DNA of 64,000 nucleotides from Solirubrobacterales bacterium (GTDB taxonomy: Bacteria; Actinomycetota; Thermoleophilia; Solirubrobacterales; 70-9): assembly GCA_035502495.1 (NCBI GenBank), contig DATJUK010000141.1, positions 22,545 to 86,544 on the forward strand, given 5' to 3'. A model generated the notes under the pieces. It was not told the DNA's origin. It saw only the letters and a program-made list of their open reading frames with translations, and made no database searches. Position 1 is the stretch's first letter. Every line of letters starts with the position of its first letter. Positions 22,303 through 33,459 of the stretch are shown piece by piece. Position numbers and translations under genes: made by a program.

Positions 22303-22707
22303 GTGCAATTTCTCACCGACCTCGGCATCGGCTTCGCGATCGGCATGCTCGCCGGCACCACCGGCACCCAGGGTGGAGCCCGCGGGCGCATGGTCCTGCT
22401 GGCCGCGATCGTCGGCCTCGTCGTCGGCTTCCTGATCGACGGGGTGCTCGGCGCGGTGGTCGCCGCGCTCGGCGGCGCGGTCGCCTGCCTGGTGATCTCC
22501 GACCTCGTCTTCGGCGCCTCCAGACGCGAAGGCTCAGGGGCCGGGGCGCTCGGCTTCATCGTCGCCCTGGCGGCCTTGGTGGTGCTGGCGGCGGCGCTGC
22601 TCTTCTCCTGGCTGATCATCGTCGTCGCGATCGCCCTGGCCTGGCTCGGGGTCAGCCGCCACCGCCGCGCCCGGCGCAAACACGCCGGGCTCCGCGTCCT
22701 CCGTTAA
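22303..22707 (+). CDS. Small polytopic membrane protein, unknown function
   Basis: GTG 22303. Three or four Gly/Ala/Val-rich hydrophobic segments and a basic tail RHRRARRKHAG. Confidence 0.5.
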   Translation: MQFLTDLGIGFAIGMLAGTTGTQGGARGRMVLLAAIVGLVVGFLIDGVLGAVVAALGGAVACLVISDLVFGASRREGSGAGALGFIVALAALVVLAAALLFSWLIIVVAIALAWLGVSRHRRARRKHAGLRVLR

Positions 22708-22757
22708 CGCCCCCCGGCCACGGCCGAGGTCCGCCGTCCGCGATCATCGACCCAGCG

Positions 22758-24287
22758 ATGCCCGGCGCCCGCCGCAAGAAGCTGATCCTCACCTACGTCG
22801 ACTCGCTGCGCACCGACATGCTGCGCCGCGCGATCGAGGCCGGGCGCGCGCCCAGCTTCGGCGCCTTGGTCGAGCGCGGGGTGCTGATCGAGGACTGCGT
22901 CTCCAGCTTCCCCTCGGTGACCCCGGTCGCCTGCTCGGAGATGGTCACCGGGGTGGGCGCCGACGAGCACTGGATCAGCGGTATGAACTGGTACCACCGG
23001 CTCGAGCGGCGCTACGTCGAGTACGGCTCCTCGCTCGAGGCGACCCGCGCCTTCGGCGTCTTCCGGGCGCTCTACGACCTCGTCTACAACATGAACCTCG
23101 CGCACCTCTCGCCCGAGATCGAGACGCTCTGGGAGCAGCTCGACGACGCCGGCGCCCGGACCGCCTGCACGCCGTACCTGATCTACCGCGGCCGGCACCG
23201 CCACGAAGTCTCGCTCGACGGGCTGCTGCGGATGGCGGTCGACGCGACCCGGCTCAAGTTCCGCCACCACACCTGGGGCCCGAAGGAGCTCTTCTACGGT
23301 GACCTCTACGCGAGCCAGGAGGTCCCCTGCAAGTCGACCTCGATCCCCGGCGTCCGCGATCCCTACGCCGCCTGCTGCGCGGTCGAGCTGATGAAGGAGG
23401 ACGGCTTCGACTTCCTCCTCCTCTCGCTGCCCGACAACGACAATTACTCGCACCGCCACGGGCCCGAGGCCTCGGTCGAGTCGATCGCCAGGGCCGACGA
23501 ATGCTTCGGCACGCTGATCGAGCAGGCGGGCGGGCTCGACCCCTTCCTCGCCGCGCACGCGGTGATCCTGGTCGCCGACCACGCCCAGACCGAGGTCGAC
23601 CGGGGCCTGCCGCTGGCCGACATCCTCGCCGCCGAGTGGTCGGTGCTGCAGCCCTCGGAGGAGAAGCCGGAGCTGGCCCAGCTGGCGGTCAGCCCGACCG
23701 GGCGCGCCGCCCACGTCTACCTCCTGCCCGGCGAGGGCGAGCGCGCCGACCCGGTCGCGGTGGGGGAGAGGCTGGCCGAGATCGAGGGCGTCGACCTGGT
23801 CTGCCGGCTGCTCGACGCGGCGGGCGCGCCGCTCTACCGGCCCGAGCCCGGGATGCCGGCGTCCGGCGACGAGTGGGCGACGGTCGAGCGGGGCGGAGCC
23901 CGCATCCGCTTCCGGCCCGGCACCGACGTCACCGACCTGCGCGGCGGCCGCTGGGAGGTCGAGGGGGAGCTCGGCGTGCTGGAGGCGACGGTCGCGGACG
24001 GCAAGCTGCGCAGCGAGGCCTACCCCGACCCGCTGCAGCGGGTCTGGTCGGCGCTGACCGCGCCCCACTCGGGGGACTTCGTGCTCTCGCTGGCCGCCGG
24101 CTTCGAGGCGGTCGACTGGGGCGGCACCAGCCACGCCGGCGGCGGCAGCCACGGCGCGCTCCACGCCGGGGACAGCCTCGGGCCGCTGCTCTTCGTCGGC
24201 TGCGGGCCGGAGTCGGCCGCCGAGCGCGAGCAGTGGTCCCTGCGCGACGTCGCTCCGGCGGTGCGCGCACACTTCGGACTCCTATGA
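22758..24287 (+). CDS. Alkaline-phosphatase-superfamily enzyme (nucleotide pyrophosphatase/phosphodiesterase-like)
   Basis: DSLRTD.., FPSVTPVACSEMVTG (nucleophile Thr context), DNDNYSHRHGP, ADHAQTE, GGSHGAL metal-site motifs. Confidence 0.8.
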   Translation: MPGARRKKLILTYVDSLRTDMLRRAIEAGRAPSFGALVERGVLIEDCVSSFPSVTPVACSEMVTGVGADEHWISGMNWYHRLERRYVEYGSSLEATRAFGVFRALYDLVYNMNLAHLSPEIETLWEQLDDAGARTACTPYLIYRGRHRHEVSLDGLLRMAVDATRLKFRHHTWGPKELFYGDLYASQEVPCKSTSIPGVRDPYAACCAVELMKEDGFDFLLLSLPDNDNYSHRHGPEASVESIARADECFGTLIEQAGGLDPFLAAHAVILVADHAQTEVDRGLPLADILAAEWSVLQPSEEKPELAQLAVSPTGRAAHVYLLPGEGERADPVAVGERLAEIEGVDLVCRLLDAAGAPLYRPEPGMPASGDEWATVERGGARIRFRPGTDVTDLRGGRWEVEGELGVLEATVADGKLRSEAYPDPLQRVWSALTAPHSGDFVLSLAAGFEAVDWGGTSHAGGGSHGALHAGDSLGPLLFVGCGPESAAEREQWSLRDVAPAVRAHFGLL

Positions 24288-26017
24288 AGCGTCGTCGCCT
24301 CGCGCCGCTCGTGGCGCTGTTCCTCGCGATCGCCCTGCTCGGGCCCGCGACGGCGGCCGCGGCGGGCGAAGAAGAACCGGGCCCTGGCGACGTCACCCAG
24401 GCCGAAGCGCAGGCTGCCGCGGCGCGGGACCCCAACGTCCACAAGGAGGAACGCGAGCACCCGCACCTGCTCCCCAGCGCGACCTTCGAGCACGAAAAAT
24501 GGGAAGTCGGCTGGTTCGAAGGCGACCACGAGTACGCGCTGGTGATGGTCGATCCGAAGACGGGCGAAGTGACCGAATCCTGGACCGGCTACCAGGTCGC
24601 CTGGGAAATGGCCCGCGGCTACTCCGGCGAGTTCGCCCACTCGCTGAACTCGCCGTTCATCTGGATCCCGCTCTGCCTGATCTTCCTCGTCGGCCTGTTC
24701 GACTGGCGGCGCTGGCGGCGGATCGCCAACCTCGACCTGCTGGTCCTGCTCGGCTTCGGCGTCTCCCACTTCTTCTTCAACCTGGGGAACATCGGGCTCT
24801 CGGTGCCGCTCGCCTACCCGGTGCTCGTCTACCTGCTGGCGCGCTGCCTCTGGATCGGCTTCCGCGGTCGTGGCGTCGGGCTGCGCCCGGTCTGGCCGAC
24901 GATGTGGCTGCTGATCGCGGCGCTCTTCCTGATGGGCTTCCGGGTCGGGCTGAACATGGCCGACGCGGGGGCGATCGACGTCGGCTACGCGGGCGTCACC
25001 GGCGCCCACCGGATCCTCCACGGCGAGCAGCTCTACGGCGACTGGCCCGAAGACATCCACTCCGGCGACACCTACGGGCCGGTCAACTACGCCGCCTACG
25101 TCCCCTTCGAGCTGATCTGGCCCTACACCGGCGAATGGGACGACCTTCCCGCCGCCCACGGCGCCTCGATCGCCTTCGACGTCCTCACCTTCATCCTGCT
25201 GATCGTCCTCGGCATCCGCATCCGCCCCGGACCGGCGGGGAAACGCCTCGGCGCGATCCTCGCCTTCGGCTGGGCCGCCTTCCCCTACACCGCCTACGTG
25301 CTCGAGTCGGACTCCAACGACTCGCTGATCGCCGCCTTGCTGGTGGCGACCTTGGTGCTCTTGGCCAAGCCGCTCTGGCGCGGCGTGACCCTCTCCCTCG
25401 CGACGTGGGCGAAGTTCTCCCCGCTGATCCTGGCCCCGATGCTCCTCACCTACGACCCGAACCCCGAACCGCGTGCCGTGTCGGGAGAACAGGGCGTCCG
25501 AGCACGTATGCGTCGCGCGCAGAATGCCCTTTTCTCCCGCCGCACGGGCTTGTTCGTCCTTGGATTCGCCGTAGTCACCGTCGCCGCCATGCTCTGGCCA
25601 ACCATCGATCCGGGCCTCAAGGTCTTCTACGAACGCACCATCGCCGCCCAGGCCGGTCGCAGCTCCCCGTTCTCGATCTGGGGACAGGACGAATCGCTGG
25701 AGCCGATCCGGGTCGCGATCCTCGCCGCCACCGGTGTCCTCGCGATCGCCCTCGCCTTCGTCCCGCGCAAGAAGTCCCCGCTCCAGGTCGCCGCCTTCTC
25801 GGCGGCGCTGATGCTGGGCGTGCAGATCACCCTGCACCACTGGTTCTACCTCTACATCGTCTGGTTCTTCCCGCTGCTCCTGATCGCCCTGGCGCTGCTC
25901 GAGCCGAGCGAGGAGCCGGACCCCGCCGAGGTGCCCGACCCGCGCCGGCGGCTCAGGCGCCGGCGGGAGCCGGGACCATCACCGGCTCGATCGAGTCCGC
26001 CAGTCCCGACCGGTTGA
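24284..26017 (+). CDS. Polytopic membrane protein, GT-C-like glycosyltransferase (DUF2029/GT87-like)
   Basis: Signal/TM start MKRRRLAPLVALFLAIALL, a soluble ~90-aa segment, then more than 10 hydrophobic helices. The ATG overlaps the previous stop (ATGA). The family assignment rests on architecture only. Confidence 0.6.
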   Translation: MKRRRLAPLVALFLAIALLGPATAAAAGEEEPGPGDVTQAEAQAAAARDPNVHKEEREHPHLLPSATFEHEKWEVGWFEGDHEYALVMVDPKTGEVTESWTGYQVAWEMARGYSGEFAHSLNSPFIWIPLCLIFLVGLFDWRRWRRIANLDLLVLLGFGVSHFFFNLGNIGLSVPLAYPVLVYLLARCLWIGFRGRGVGLRPVWPTMWLLIAALFLMGFRVGLNMADAGAIDVGYAGVTGAHRILHGEQLYGDWPEDIHSGDTYGPVNYAAYVPFELIWPYTGEWDDLPAAHGASIAFDVLTFILLIVLGIRIRPGPAGKRLGAILAFGWAAFPYTAYVLESDSNDSLIAALLVATLVLLAKPLWRGVTLSLATWAKFSPLILAPMLLTYDPNPEPRAVSGEQGVRARMRRAQNALFSRRTGLFVLGFAVVTVAAMLWPTIDPGLKVFYERTIAAQAGRSSPFSIWGQDESLEPIRVAILAATGVLAIALAFVPRKKSPLQVAAFSAALMLGVQITLHHWFYLYIVWFFPLLLIALALLEPSEEPDPAEVPDPRRRLRRRREPGPSPARSSPPVPTG

Positions 26018-26732
26018 CGTCGACCACCGCGCCCATCACCCAGACGTCCTCGTCGGCGGTCTCGAAGCGGGTCGGCATCTGGGTGATCAGGGCGCCGAGC
26101 GCGTCCTCGATCCGCACCCCGAGGATGCTCTGCCGCGCGCCGGTCATGCCGACGTCGGAGATGAACGCGGTCCCCTTCGGCAGCACCCGGGCGTCGGCGG
26201 TGGGGACGTGGGTGTGGGTGCCGAGCACGGCGGCGACGCGGCCGTCGAGGTGCCAGCCCATCGCCACCTTCTCACTGGTCACCTCGGCGTGGAAGTCGAC
26301 GATCGTCGCGTCGGCCTCGGTCCGCTCGAGGATCGCGTCGACCGCGTCGAAGGGCGAGCGCGCCACCTTCAGCCCGACCCCGCCGCTGAGGTTGATCACC
26401 GCGACCCGCATCCCGCCCGCCTCGACCACGGTGTGGCCGTGGCCGGGGTTCGCGCTCGGGTAGTTCGCCGGCCTGATCACGCGCTCGGCGCGTTCGAGGA
26501 AGGGGTAGGCGTCGCGGTGGCGGTAGACGTGGTTGCCGGTGGTGATCACGCCGGCGCCGGTGTCGAAGATGTCGTTGGCGGTCCGCTCGGTGATCCCCAT
26601 GCCGCCCGCCGAGTTCTCGCCGTTGACGACGATCAGGTCGGGCGCGTGGCGCTCGCGCAGCGAGGGCATCGTCTCGCGCAGCCCGCGCCGGCCCGGCCCG
26701 CCGACCACGTCGCCGATGAAGAGGAGGCGCAT
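25953..26732 (-). CDS. ymdB: YmdB-like metallophosphoesterase (TIGR00282 family)
   Basis: MRLLFIGDVVGGPGR.., ..VNGENSAGGMGIT.., ..TGNHVY.., ..DFHAEVTSEK.., ..GTHTHVPTAD... Confidence 0.88.
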   Translation of the reverse strand: MRLLFIGDVVGGPGRRGLRETMPSLRERHAPDLIVVNGENSAGGMGITERTANDIFDTGAGVITTGNHVYRHRDAYPFLERAERVIRPANYPSANPGHGHTVVEAGGMRVAVINLSGGVGLKVARSPFDAVDAILERTEADATIVDFHAEVTSEKVAMGWHLDGRVAAVLGTHTHVPTADARVLPKGTAFISDVGMTGARQSILGVRIEDALGALITQMPTRFETADEDVWVMGAVVDVNRSGLADSIEPVMVPAPAGA

Positions 26733-26787
26733 GGCGGCGAGCCTAGAGGGTGAAGGCCGGGCGGGCTTGCTGTGCGAGGGTGATTGC

Positions 26788-27468
26788 GTGGACACGCCGG
26801 CCGACACCGACGCGCTCGTGCGGCGGGCGCTCGCCTACCCGTACGACCCGCCCGCGGGGTCCTTCGTCCAGGTAGGCGAGCGCACGTTGCCGGTCCCACC
26901 GCAGGCGATCGACGTCGAGGGACGCCGCGCCCTGCTCGCCTACGGGGCGAACGCCTCGCCCGAGGCGCTGACCCGCAAGCTCGCCCACCTGGAGCCGCGC
27001 CCGATCGCGGTGCTGCGCGTCGCGCTCAGCGGCTGGGACGTCGTCTACTCCGCCCACGTCACCCGCTACGGCTCGGTGCCCGCGGCGGTCGTCGCCAGCC
27101 CCGGCACCGTGGCGAGCGTCCACCTCGTCTTCCCCGACGACGAGCAGCTCGCCGCCCTGGCCGCGACCGAGGGGCAGAACTACCGGCTCGAGCGGCTCGT
27201 CGACTTCACCGGCGAGCTCGAGACCGGCGGCGAATGCCCGGCCGAGATCGACGCCTTCGTCAGCGTCCACGGCCCCGTTCTCCTCGACGGCTCCCCCGTC
27301 GCCCTGGCCGCGATCCCCGCCCGCGACCGCGCCTTCCCCGAGCTGACCACCCCCCAGATGATCGACCGCGTCCGCACCGCCCTCCATCCCGACCTCACCA
27401 CCCCCGAGTTCATCCACCACTACGTGCACCGCCAGGGCCTCCGCCCCCTCCCCGAACTACGCGGTTGA
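26788..27468 (+). CDS. Hypothetical protein, weakly GGCT/AIG2-like
   Basis: GTG 26788. ..LLAYGANASPEALTRKL...ALSGWDVVYSAH...ASVHLVF..DEQLAALAATEG..YRLERL resembles the gamma-glutamylcyclotransferase-like fold pattern. Low certainty. Confidence 0.5.
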   Translation: MDTPADTDALVRRALAYPYDPPAGSFVQVGERTLPVPPQAIDVEGRRALLAYGANASPEALTRKLAHLEPRPIAVLRVALSGWDVVYSAHVTRYGSVPAAVVASPGTVASVHLVFPDDEQLAALAATEGQNYRLERLVDFTGELETGGECPAEIDAFVSVHGPVLLDGSPVALAAIPARDRAFPELTTPQMIDRVRTALHPDLTTPEFIHHYVHRQGLRPLPELRG

Positions 27469-27512
27469 TGGGCCGAAAAGCGCTGATATAGAGCGCTTTT
27501 CGGCCCATCAAC
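27464..27512. terminator. Perfect 21-bp-arm hairpin filling the gap between convergent genes (putative bidirectional terminator)
   Basis: GTTGATGGGCCGAAAAGCGCT-GATATAG-AGCGCTTTTCGGCCCATCAAC. The left arm contains the upstream TGA (27466-68). The right arm ends 1 nt before the ABC-2 permease stop (27514-16). Confidence 0.6.
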
Positions 27513-27513
27513 A

Positions 27514-28866
27514 TCAGGCGCGGGCGAAGCGGCGGAGGGCGAGGCGGGCGAGTAGGGCGTAGGCGACGGCGAGGATCGCGAGGTGGAGCAGCGGGGTGCC
27601 GAGGCTGCCGTTGCCGGATTCGAGCGCCGCGGTGATCGCTTCCAGCGCCGGCTTGAAGGGGAAGAGCGCGGTGATCACCTTGATCACGCCGTAGAGGCCG
27701 GCGCCGACCGTGCCCGCCGGGACGAGCGAGAGGAAGGCGATCGGCAGGGTGACCATGAAGGCGAGGAGGGAGACGGCGCGGACCTCGCGCGCGGCGGCGC
27801 CGAGCGCCGCGCCGGAGGCGGCGAGGGCCGCCGCGCCGACCAGGATCGCGGCGAGCCAGAGGGCGAAGCGGCCCCATTCGAGCGGCACGAAGATCTGCAG
27901 GCCGGCCAGCATCAGGATCGTGACGACCAGGCCGACGACGATCCCGAGCAGGACCTTCTCGCCGAGCAGCGTCGCGGTCGAGACCAGCCCGCGGGTGAGC
28001 CGCGGGTAGGCGTTCTCCTCGCGCTCCAGCGCCAGCGACCCCGCCACCAGGAGCACGGTGACGAAGGCCAGGGTGAGGGTCGCGGCGATCGCGATGGCGA
28101 AGGTTTCCAGCGGCGGCGAGGAGCCCCCGACCGGGACCTTGTGGACCTCGATCGGCTGCGCGAGGCGTTCGATCAGCGGCCCGGCGATGTCGAGGTTTTC
28201 CGCCGCCTCGTTGGCGAACTCGATCACCTCTCCGAGCGCCACCCGCAGCGGCCCCTTCGGCAGCGCCGGCTCGATCGCTTCGAGGATGTGGGCACTCGAT
28301 TGGAGCCCGAGGATGTGGATCGCCCCGCCCAGCACCGGCAGGTCGCCGCCCTTGATCACCAGGTTCAGGTACTTGCCGCCTTCGATCGCGATCCGCTTGG
28401 CGATCGCCAGGTTCGCCTGGGCGAGGAGCGCGGCGATCTTGTCGTCGACGGCGCTCGCCTTCAGCGGGTCCGATTCGTTGACCAGCACTTCCACCTTCGG
28501 CGTCCCGGGGGAGAGGGTGGAGAGGGAGTTGATCTTGTTGATCAGGTCTTCGGGCAGGATCAGCGCCGCGAGCACGTCGCCGGATTCGACCTTCTTCGCC
28601 GCTTCCTCGCGCGAGTGGACCTGAACGCACTCGACCTTTTCGCAGATGCGGTGCTGGACGTTGGCGGAGGGGAGCTTCTTGCCGCTGAGGGAAATGCGCG
28701 CGTTCTGCGGCACTTCGTTGAGGAAGGCGACCTTCGGCTTTTCCGGTCCGCGCGAGACCGCCAGCCCGACCAGGATCGCGATCAGCACCGGGTAGGCGAC
28801 CAGGAGCACCGCCTGCAGGGGCGAGCGGCGGAGGATCTGCAGGTCCTTCAGCAGCAGCCAGCGCAT
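27514..28866 (-). CDS. ABC-2 type transporter permease with a large extracytoplasmic loop
   Basis: N-terminal TM, ~190-aa loop, and five C-terminal TM helices. Follows the ATPase gene. Confidence 0.85.
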   Translation of the reverse strand: MRWLLLKDLQILRRSPLQAVLLVAYPVLIAILVGLAVSRGPEKPKVAFLNEVPQNARISLSGKKLPSANVQHRICEKVECVQVHSREEAAKKVESGDVLAALILPEDLINKINSLSTLSPGTPKVEVLVNESDPLKASAVDDKIAALLAQANLAIAKRIAIEGGKYLNLVIKGGDLPVLGGAIHILGLQSSAHILEAIEPALPKGPLRVALGEVIEFANEAAENLDIAGPLIERLAQPIEVHKVPVGGSSPPLETFAIAIAATLTLAFVTVLLVAGSLALEREENAYPRLTRGLVSTATLLGEKVLLGIVVGLVVTILMLAGLQIFVPLEWGRFALWLAAILVGAAALAASGAALGAAAREVRAVSLLAFMVTLPIAFLSLVPAGTVGAGLYGVIKVITALFPFKPALEAITAALESGNGSLGTPLLHLAILAVAYALLARLALRRFARA

Positions 28867-28869
28867 CGC

Positions 28870-29640
28870 TCAGTGCCCCCGGTGGTGGAGGTAGGCGACG
28901 AAGGCGGTCTCGAAGTCGCGGTCGGCCGCCGTCGCCCCGGCCTCGTCGGACTCGCGGCGCACGGTCTCGCGCAGCTCGTCCGGCGAGCCGTCGAAGAGCG
29001 CCTCGCCGTCGGCCAGGACCAAGAGCCGGCCGCCGTAGCGCTCGGCCTCCTGGATGTCGTGGGTGGAGAAGATCACCGTCGTCCCCCGCCCGGCGAGCCC
29101 GGCGACGAACTCCCAGAGCTTCGCCCGCTGGCGCGGGTCGAGGCCGACGCTCGGCTCGTCGAGCAGCAGCACGCTGGGGCGGGCGAGGAGGCCGATCGCG
29201 ATGTTGATGCGCTGCTGGTTGCCGCCGGAGAGGCGGGCGACGATCTCCGCGCGCCGCTCGCCGAGGCCGGTCAGCTCGAGCATCTCGGCGACCGAGGCGC
29301 GCGGGTCCGGGTGCTTCTCCAGCCGCGCGAACAGCAGCAGGTTCTCCTCCACGGTCAGCCGCCGGTAGAGCGCCGCCTGCTGCGGCACCCAGCCGACCGC
29401 GCCGGAGCCGAGGATCAGCTCGCCGCCGTCCGCGGCGAGGATCCCGGCGAGGATCGAGAGCAGCGTCGTCTTGCCCGCCCCGTTGGGGCCGATGATCGCC
29501 ACCAGCTCCCCCGCCGCGGCCTCGAAGCTCACCCCCCGCAGCGCTTCGCGGTCCCCGAACCGCTTGACCAAGCCCCGTGCCTGCACGCGAGCAAAGCTAG
29601 CGACCGGTGAGGAGGGTCGGGGGTGTGCCTCACCGGACAC
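28870..29640 (-). CDS. ABC transporter ATP-binding protein
   Basis: Walker A GPNGAGKTTLL, signature LSGGNQQR, Walker B LLLLDEP. Alternative GTG start at 29586. Confidence 0.92.
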   Translation of the reverse strand: MSGEAHPRPSSPVASFARVQARGLVKRFGDREALRGVSFEAAAGELVAIIGPNGAGKTTLLSILAGILAADGGELILGSGAVGWVPQQAALYRRLTVEENLLLFARLEKHPDPRASVAEMLELTGLGERRAEIVARLSGGNQQRINIAIGLLARPSVLLLDEPSVGLDPRQRAKLWEFVAGLAGRGTTVIFSTHDIQEAERYGGRLLVLADGEALFDGSPDELRETVRRESDEAGATAADRDFETAFVAYLHHRGH

Positions 29641-29727
29641 TCAAGGCGGGCGAAGCGTCGCCTGTCCGGGGAGGCGCACCACCGACCCTCCCTGGCAAAC
29701 CCAAGACCTCCCTAAACTCAGGGCCCG

Positions 29728-30702
29728 ATGCCTTTCCCCGCCACCCGCATGCGCCGCCTGCGGAGCTCGCCGACCTTCCGCTCCCTGGTCCGCGAGACCG
29801 AGCTGTCCCCGGCCCACCTGATCATGCCCGCCTTCGTCATCGCCGGCGAGGGCGTCCGCGAGGAGATCCCCTCGATGCCGGGGATCGAGCGCTACTCGAT
29901 CTCCAACCTGGTCGAGCACGCGGGCGAGGTCGCCGCGGCCGGGATCGGGGCGATGCTGCTCTTCGGCATCCCCGCCGACAAGGACGAGTACGGGACCGGC
30001 GCCTACGACGACGAGGGGATCGTCCAGATGGCGGTGCGGGCGCTGAAGGAGGCGCACCCCGACCTCACCGTGATCACCGACGTCTGCCTCTGCGAGTACA
30101 CCTCGCACGGCCACTGCGGCATCCCCGACGCCGACGGCAAGGTCCAGAACGACCTCAGCGTCGAGCTGATCGCGAAAACCGCGATCTCGCACGCCGACGC
30201 GGGCGCCGACGCGGTGGCGCCGAGCGACATGATGGACGGCCGGGTCGGGGCGATCCGCTTCCAGCTCGACGAGGAGGGGCACCCCGACGTGCCGATCATC
30301 GCCTACAGCGCCAAGTACGCCTCGGCCTTCTACGGGCCGTTCCGCGACGCCGCCGAGTCGACCCCCGGCTTCGGCGACCGGCGCGGGTACCAGATGGATC
30401 CCTCCAACGGCGCCGAAGCGGTGCGCGAGGCCGAGCTCGACCTCGAGGAGGGCGCCGACATGCTGATGGTCAAGCCCGCCACCCCTTACATGGACGTCAT
30501 CCGCCGGGTCAAGGACGCGACCGGGGCGCCCGTCGCCGCCTACCATGTGTCCGGCGAGTACTCGGCGCTGAAGGCCGCCGCCCTGAACGGTTGGCTGGAC
30601 GAGCGCCAGGCCGTCCTCGAGACGCTGACCGGAATCCGCCGCGCCGGCGCCGACGCGATCATCACCTACTACGCGAAGGAGGCCGCAGGTTGGCTTCAGT
30701 GA
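29728..30702 (+). CDS. hemB: Porphobilinogen synthase (Zn-type, CLCEYTSHGHC)
   Basis: ..RMRRLR.., ..DVCLCEYTSHGHCG.., ..APSDMMDGRV.., ..YSAKYASAFYGPFRDA.., ..MVKPA... Confidence 0.95.
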   Translation: MPFPATRMRRLRSSPTFRSLVRETELSPAHLIMPAFVIAGEGVREEIPSMPGIERYSISNLVEHAGEVAAAGIGAMLLFGIPADKDEYGTGAYDDEGIVQMAVRALKEAHPDLTVITDVCLCEYTSHGHCGIPDADGKVQNDLSVELIAKTAISHADAGADAVAPSDMMDGRVGAIRFQLDEEGHPDVPIIAYSAKYASAFYGPFRDAAESTPGFGDRRGYQMDPSNGAEAVREAELDLEEGADMLMVKPATPYMDVIRRVKDATGAPVAAYHVSGEYSALKAAALNGWLDERQAVLETLTGIRRAGADAIITYYAKEAAGWLQ

Positions 30703-31765
30703 AGACGTCAGCGAAGACCCCCCAGTCGAAGGCGCGGACGCGCAAGGACGGGGCCGCGATCCCGCTCGACGAGACCGACAAGCGGCTGATGAACCTGTTG
30801 CAGTCGAACTTCCCGCTCGACCCCGAACCCTTCGCCCTGGTCGCCGGCGAGGCCGACCTGGAGCTGGACGACGTGCTCGGCCGCACCCAGCGCCTGCTCG
30901 ACAACCGGATCATCCGCGAGATCACGCCGATCTTCGACACCCGCGCGCTCGGCTACGAATCGATGCTGGTTGCCGCCAAAGTCGACTCCGAGCACCCGCA
31001 GCGGGCGGCGAAGCTGGTCAACGCCCACCCCGGCGTCTCCCACAACTACCTGCGCACCCATGACTTCAACCTCTGGTTCACGATCGCCACGCCGCCCGAC
31101 TCGAAGCTCGGGCTGAAAGGGTCGATCGAGGCGCTGATGGAGGAGACCGGGGCGGTGTCGATGCGCGAACTGCCGACCCTCACCCTGTTCAAGATCAACA
31201 TGAACCTGGAGATGGAGGGCGACACCGACGCCCTCGCCGCCGCGGTCGAGGCAGCGCCGCCGCGCGAGCTGGAAGCGCAGCCCTACGACGAGACCGACAT
31301 CGCGATAATCAAGGCGCTGCAGGGGCCGATGCAGGCGACCCCGCGACCCTACGACGAGGCGGCGCAGGAGGTCGGGCTCTCGACCGAGGAGCTGCTCGAC
31401 CACCTCGGCAACATGGTCGACCGCCACCTCCTCCGCCGCGTGGCGGCGATCCTCTATCACCGCCGCGCCGGCTTCTCCGCCAACGGGATGGGCGTCTGGA
31501 AGGTCCCCGAGGACCAGATCCTCGAGGTCGGCGGCCGCATGGCGGCGACCCGCGGGATCAGCCACTGCTACCAGCGCCCGACCTACGAGGACTGGCCCTA
31601 CAGCGTCTTCACCATGGCCCACGGCCGCTCGAAGGAGGAGTGCGACGCGGTGCTCGACTCGATCGCCGAGAAGTGCGAGATGGGCCCCGACGACCGCGCC
31701 ACCCTCTACTCCTCGACCGAGTACAAGAAGATCCGCCTCCACTACTTCACGCCGGACTACGCCGA

Positions 31766-31787
<22 letters not shown>
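30699..31787 (+). CDS. ahbAB: Fused siroheme decarboxylase (AhbA/AhbB = NirD/L/G/H family, two Lrp/AsnC-like halves)
   Basis: Half 1: LMNLLQSNFPLDPEPFALVA...IIREITPIFDTRALGYESMLVAAKV...AHPGVSHNYLRTHDFNLWFTIA. Half 2: IIKALQGPMQATPRPYDEAA...RRVAAILYHRRAGFSANGMGVWKV...GISHCYQRPTYEDWPYSVFTMAHG. The GTG overlaps the hemB stop. Confidence 0.8.
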
Positions 31788-33039
<1,252 letters not shown>

Positions 33040-33043
<4 letters not shown>

Positions 33044-33423
33044 GCGGCGCGCTGCAGGTCCTCGCCGCGCAGCTGCGGGCCGAGGACACCCCGATCGCGG
33101 CCCACGTCGTCGATCCCGTCGGCGCCGCGGCGCCGGGGATGAGCGAGGAGTACGCGGTGGTGTTCGAGGCGGTGCGGGAGGGCTACCTGCTCCACTACGG
33201 GGAGTCGCGGCTGCTGGCCGGACACGACGACGACCTCGGCCTGCTCGCCGGCGACTACCTGTACGCGCTGGGGCTCGATCGCCTCGCCGCCATGGGGGAC
33301 ACGGCGGCCGTCGCGGTGCTCTCGGAGCTGATCGGGAGGTGCGCGCAGCTGCACGCCGAGGGACGGGTCGGCGAGGTCGAGCCGCTGTGGGAAGACGCGG
33401 CAAGCAAGCTTGGCAAGCGCTGA
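33040..33423 (+). CDS. Hypothetical 127-aa protein translationally coupled to hemL
   Basis: The GTG overlaps the hemL stop (GTGA). High GC3 in this frame. ..DDDLGLLAGDYLYALGLDRLA.. is faintly polyprenyl-synthase-like but has no DDxxD motif. Confidence 0.5.
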
Positions 33424-33459
33424 GCCGAGCCATCTCGCGGGCGGCTCGGTCTCCGACTT

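Noticed and set aside
22248-22679. N-terminal extensions offered by the ORF track for several genes: aminotransferase 20859..22679, dnaA to 14278, gyrB to 10133, rsmG/jag 16378..17574, sulfatase 33533..36049, propeller 35182..37569, GT-C 23501.., ymdB to 26807, P1/P2/P4 long forms, GT1 to 63435.
   Set aside because: Homology, signal peptides, SD motifs or stop/start overlaps identify internal starts. The extensions are low-complexity and often overlap neighbouring genes.
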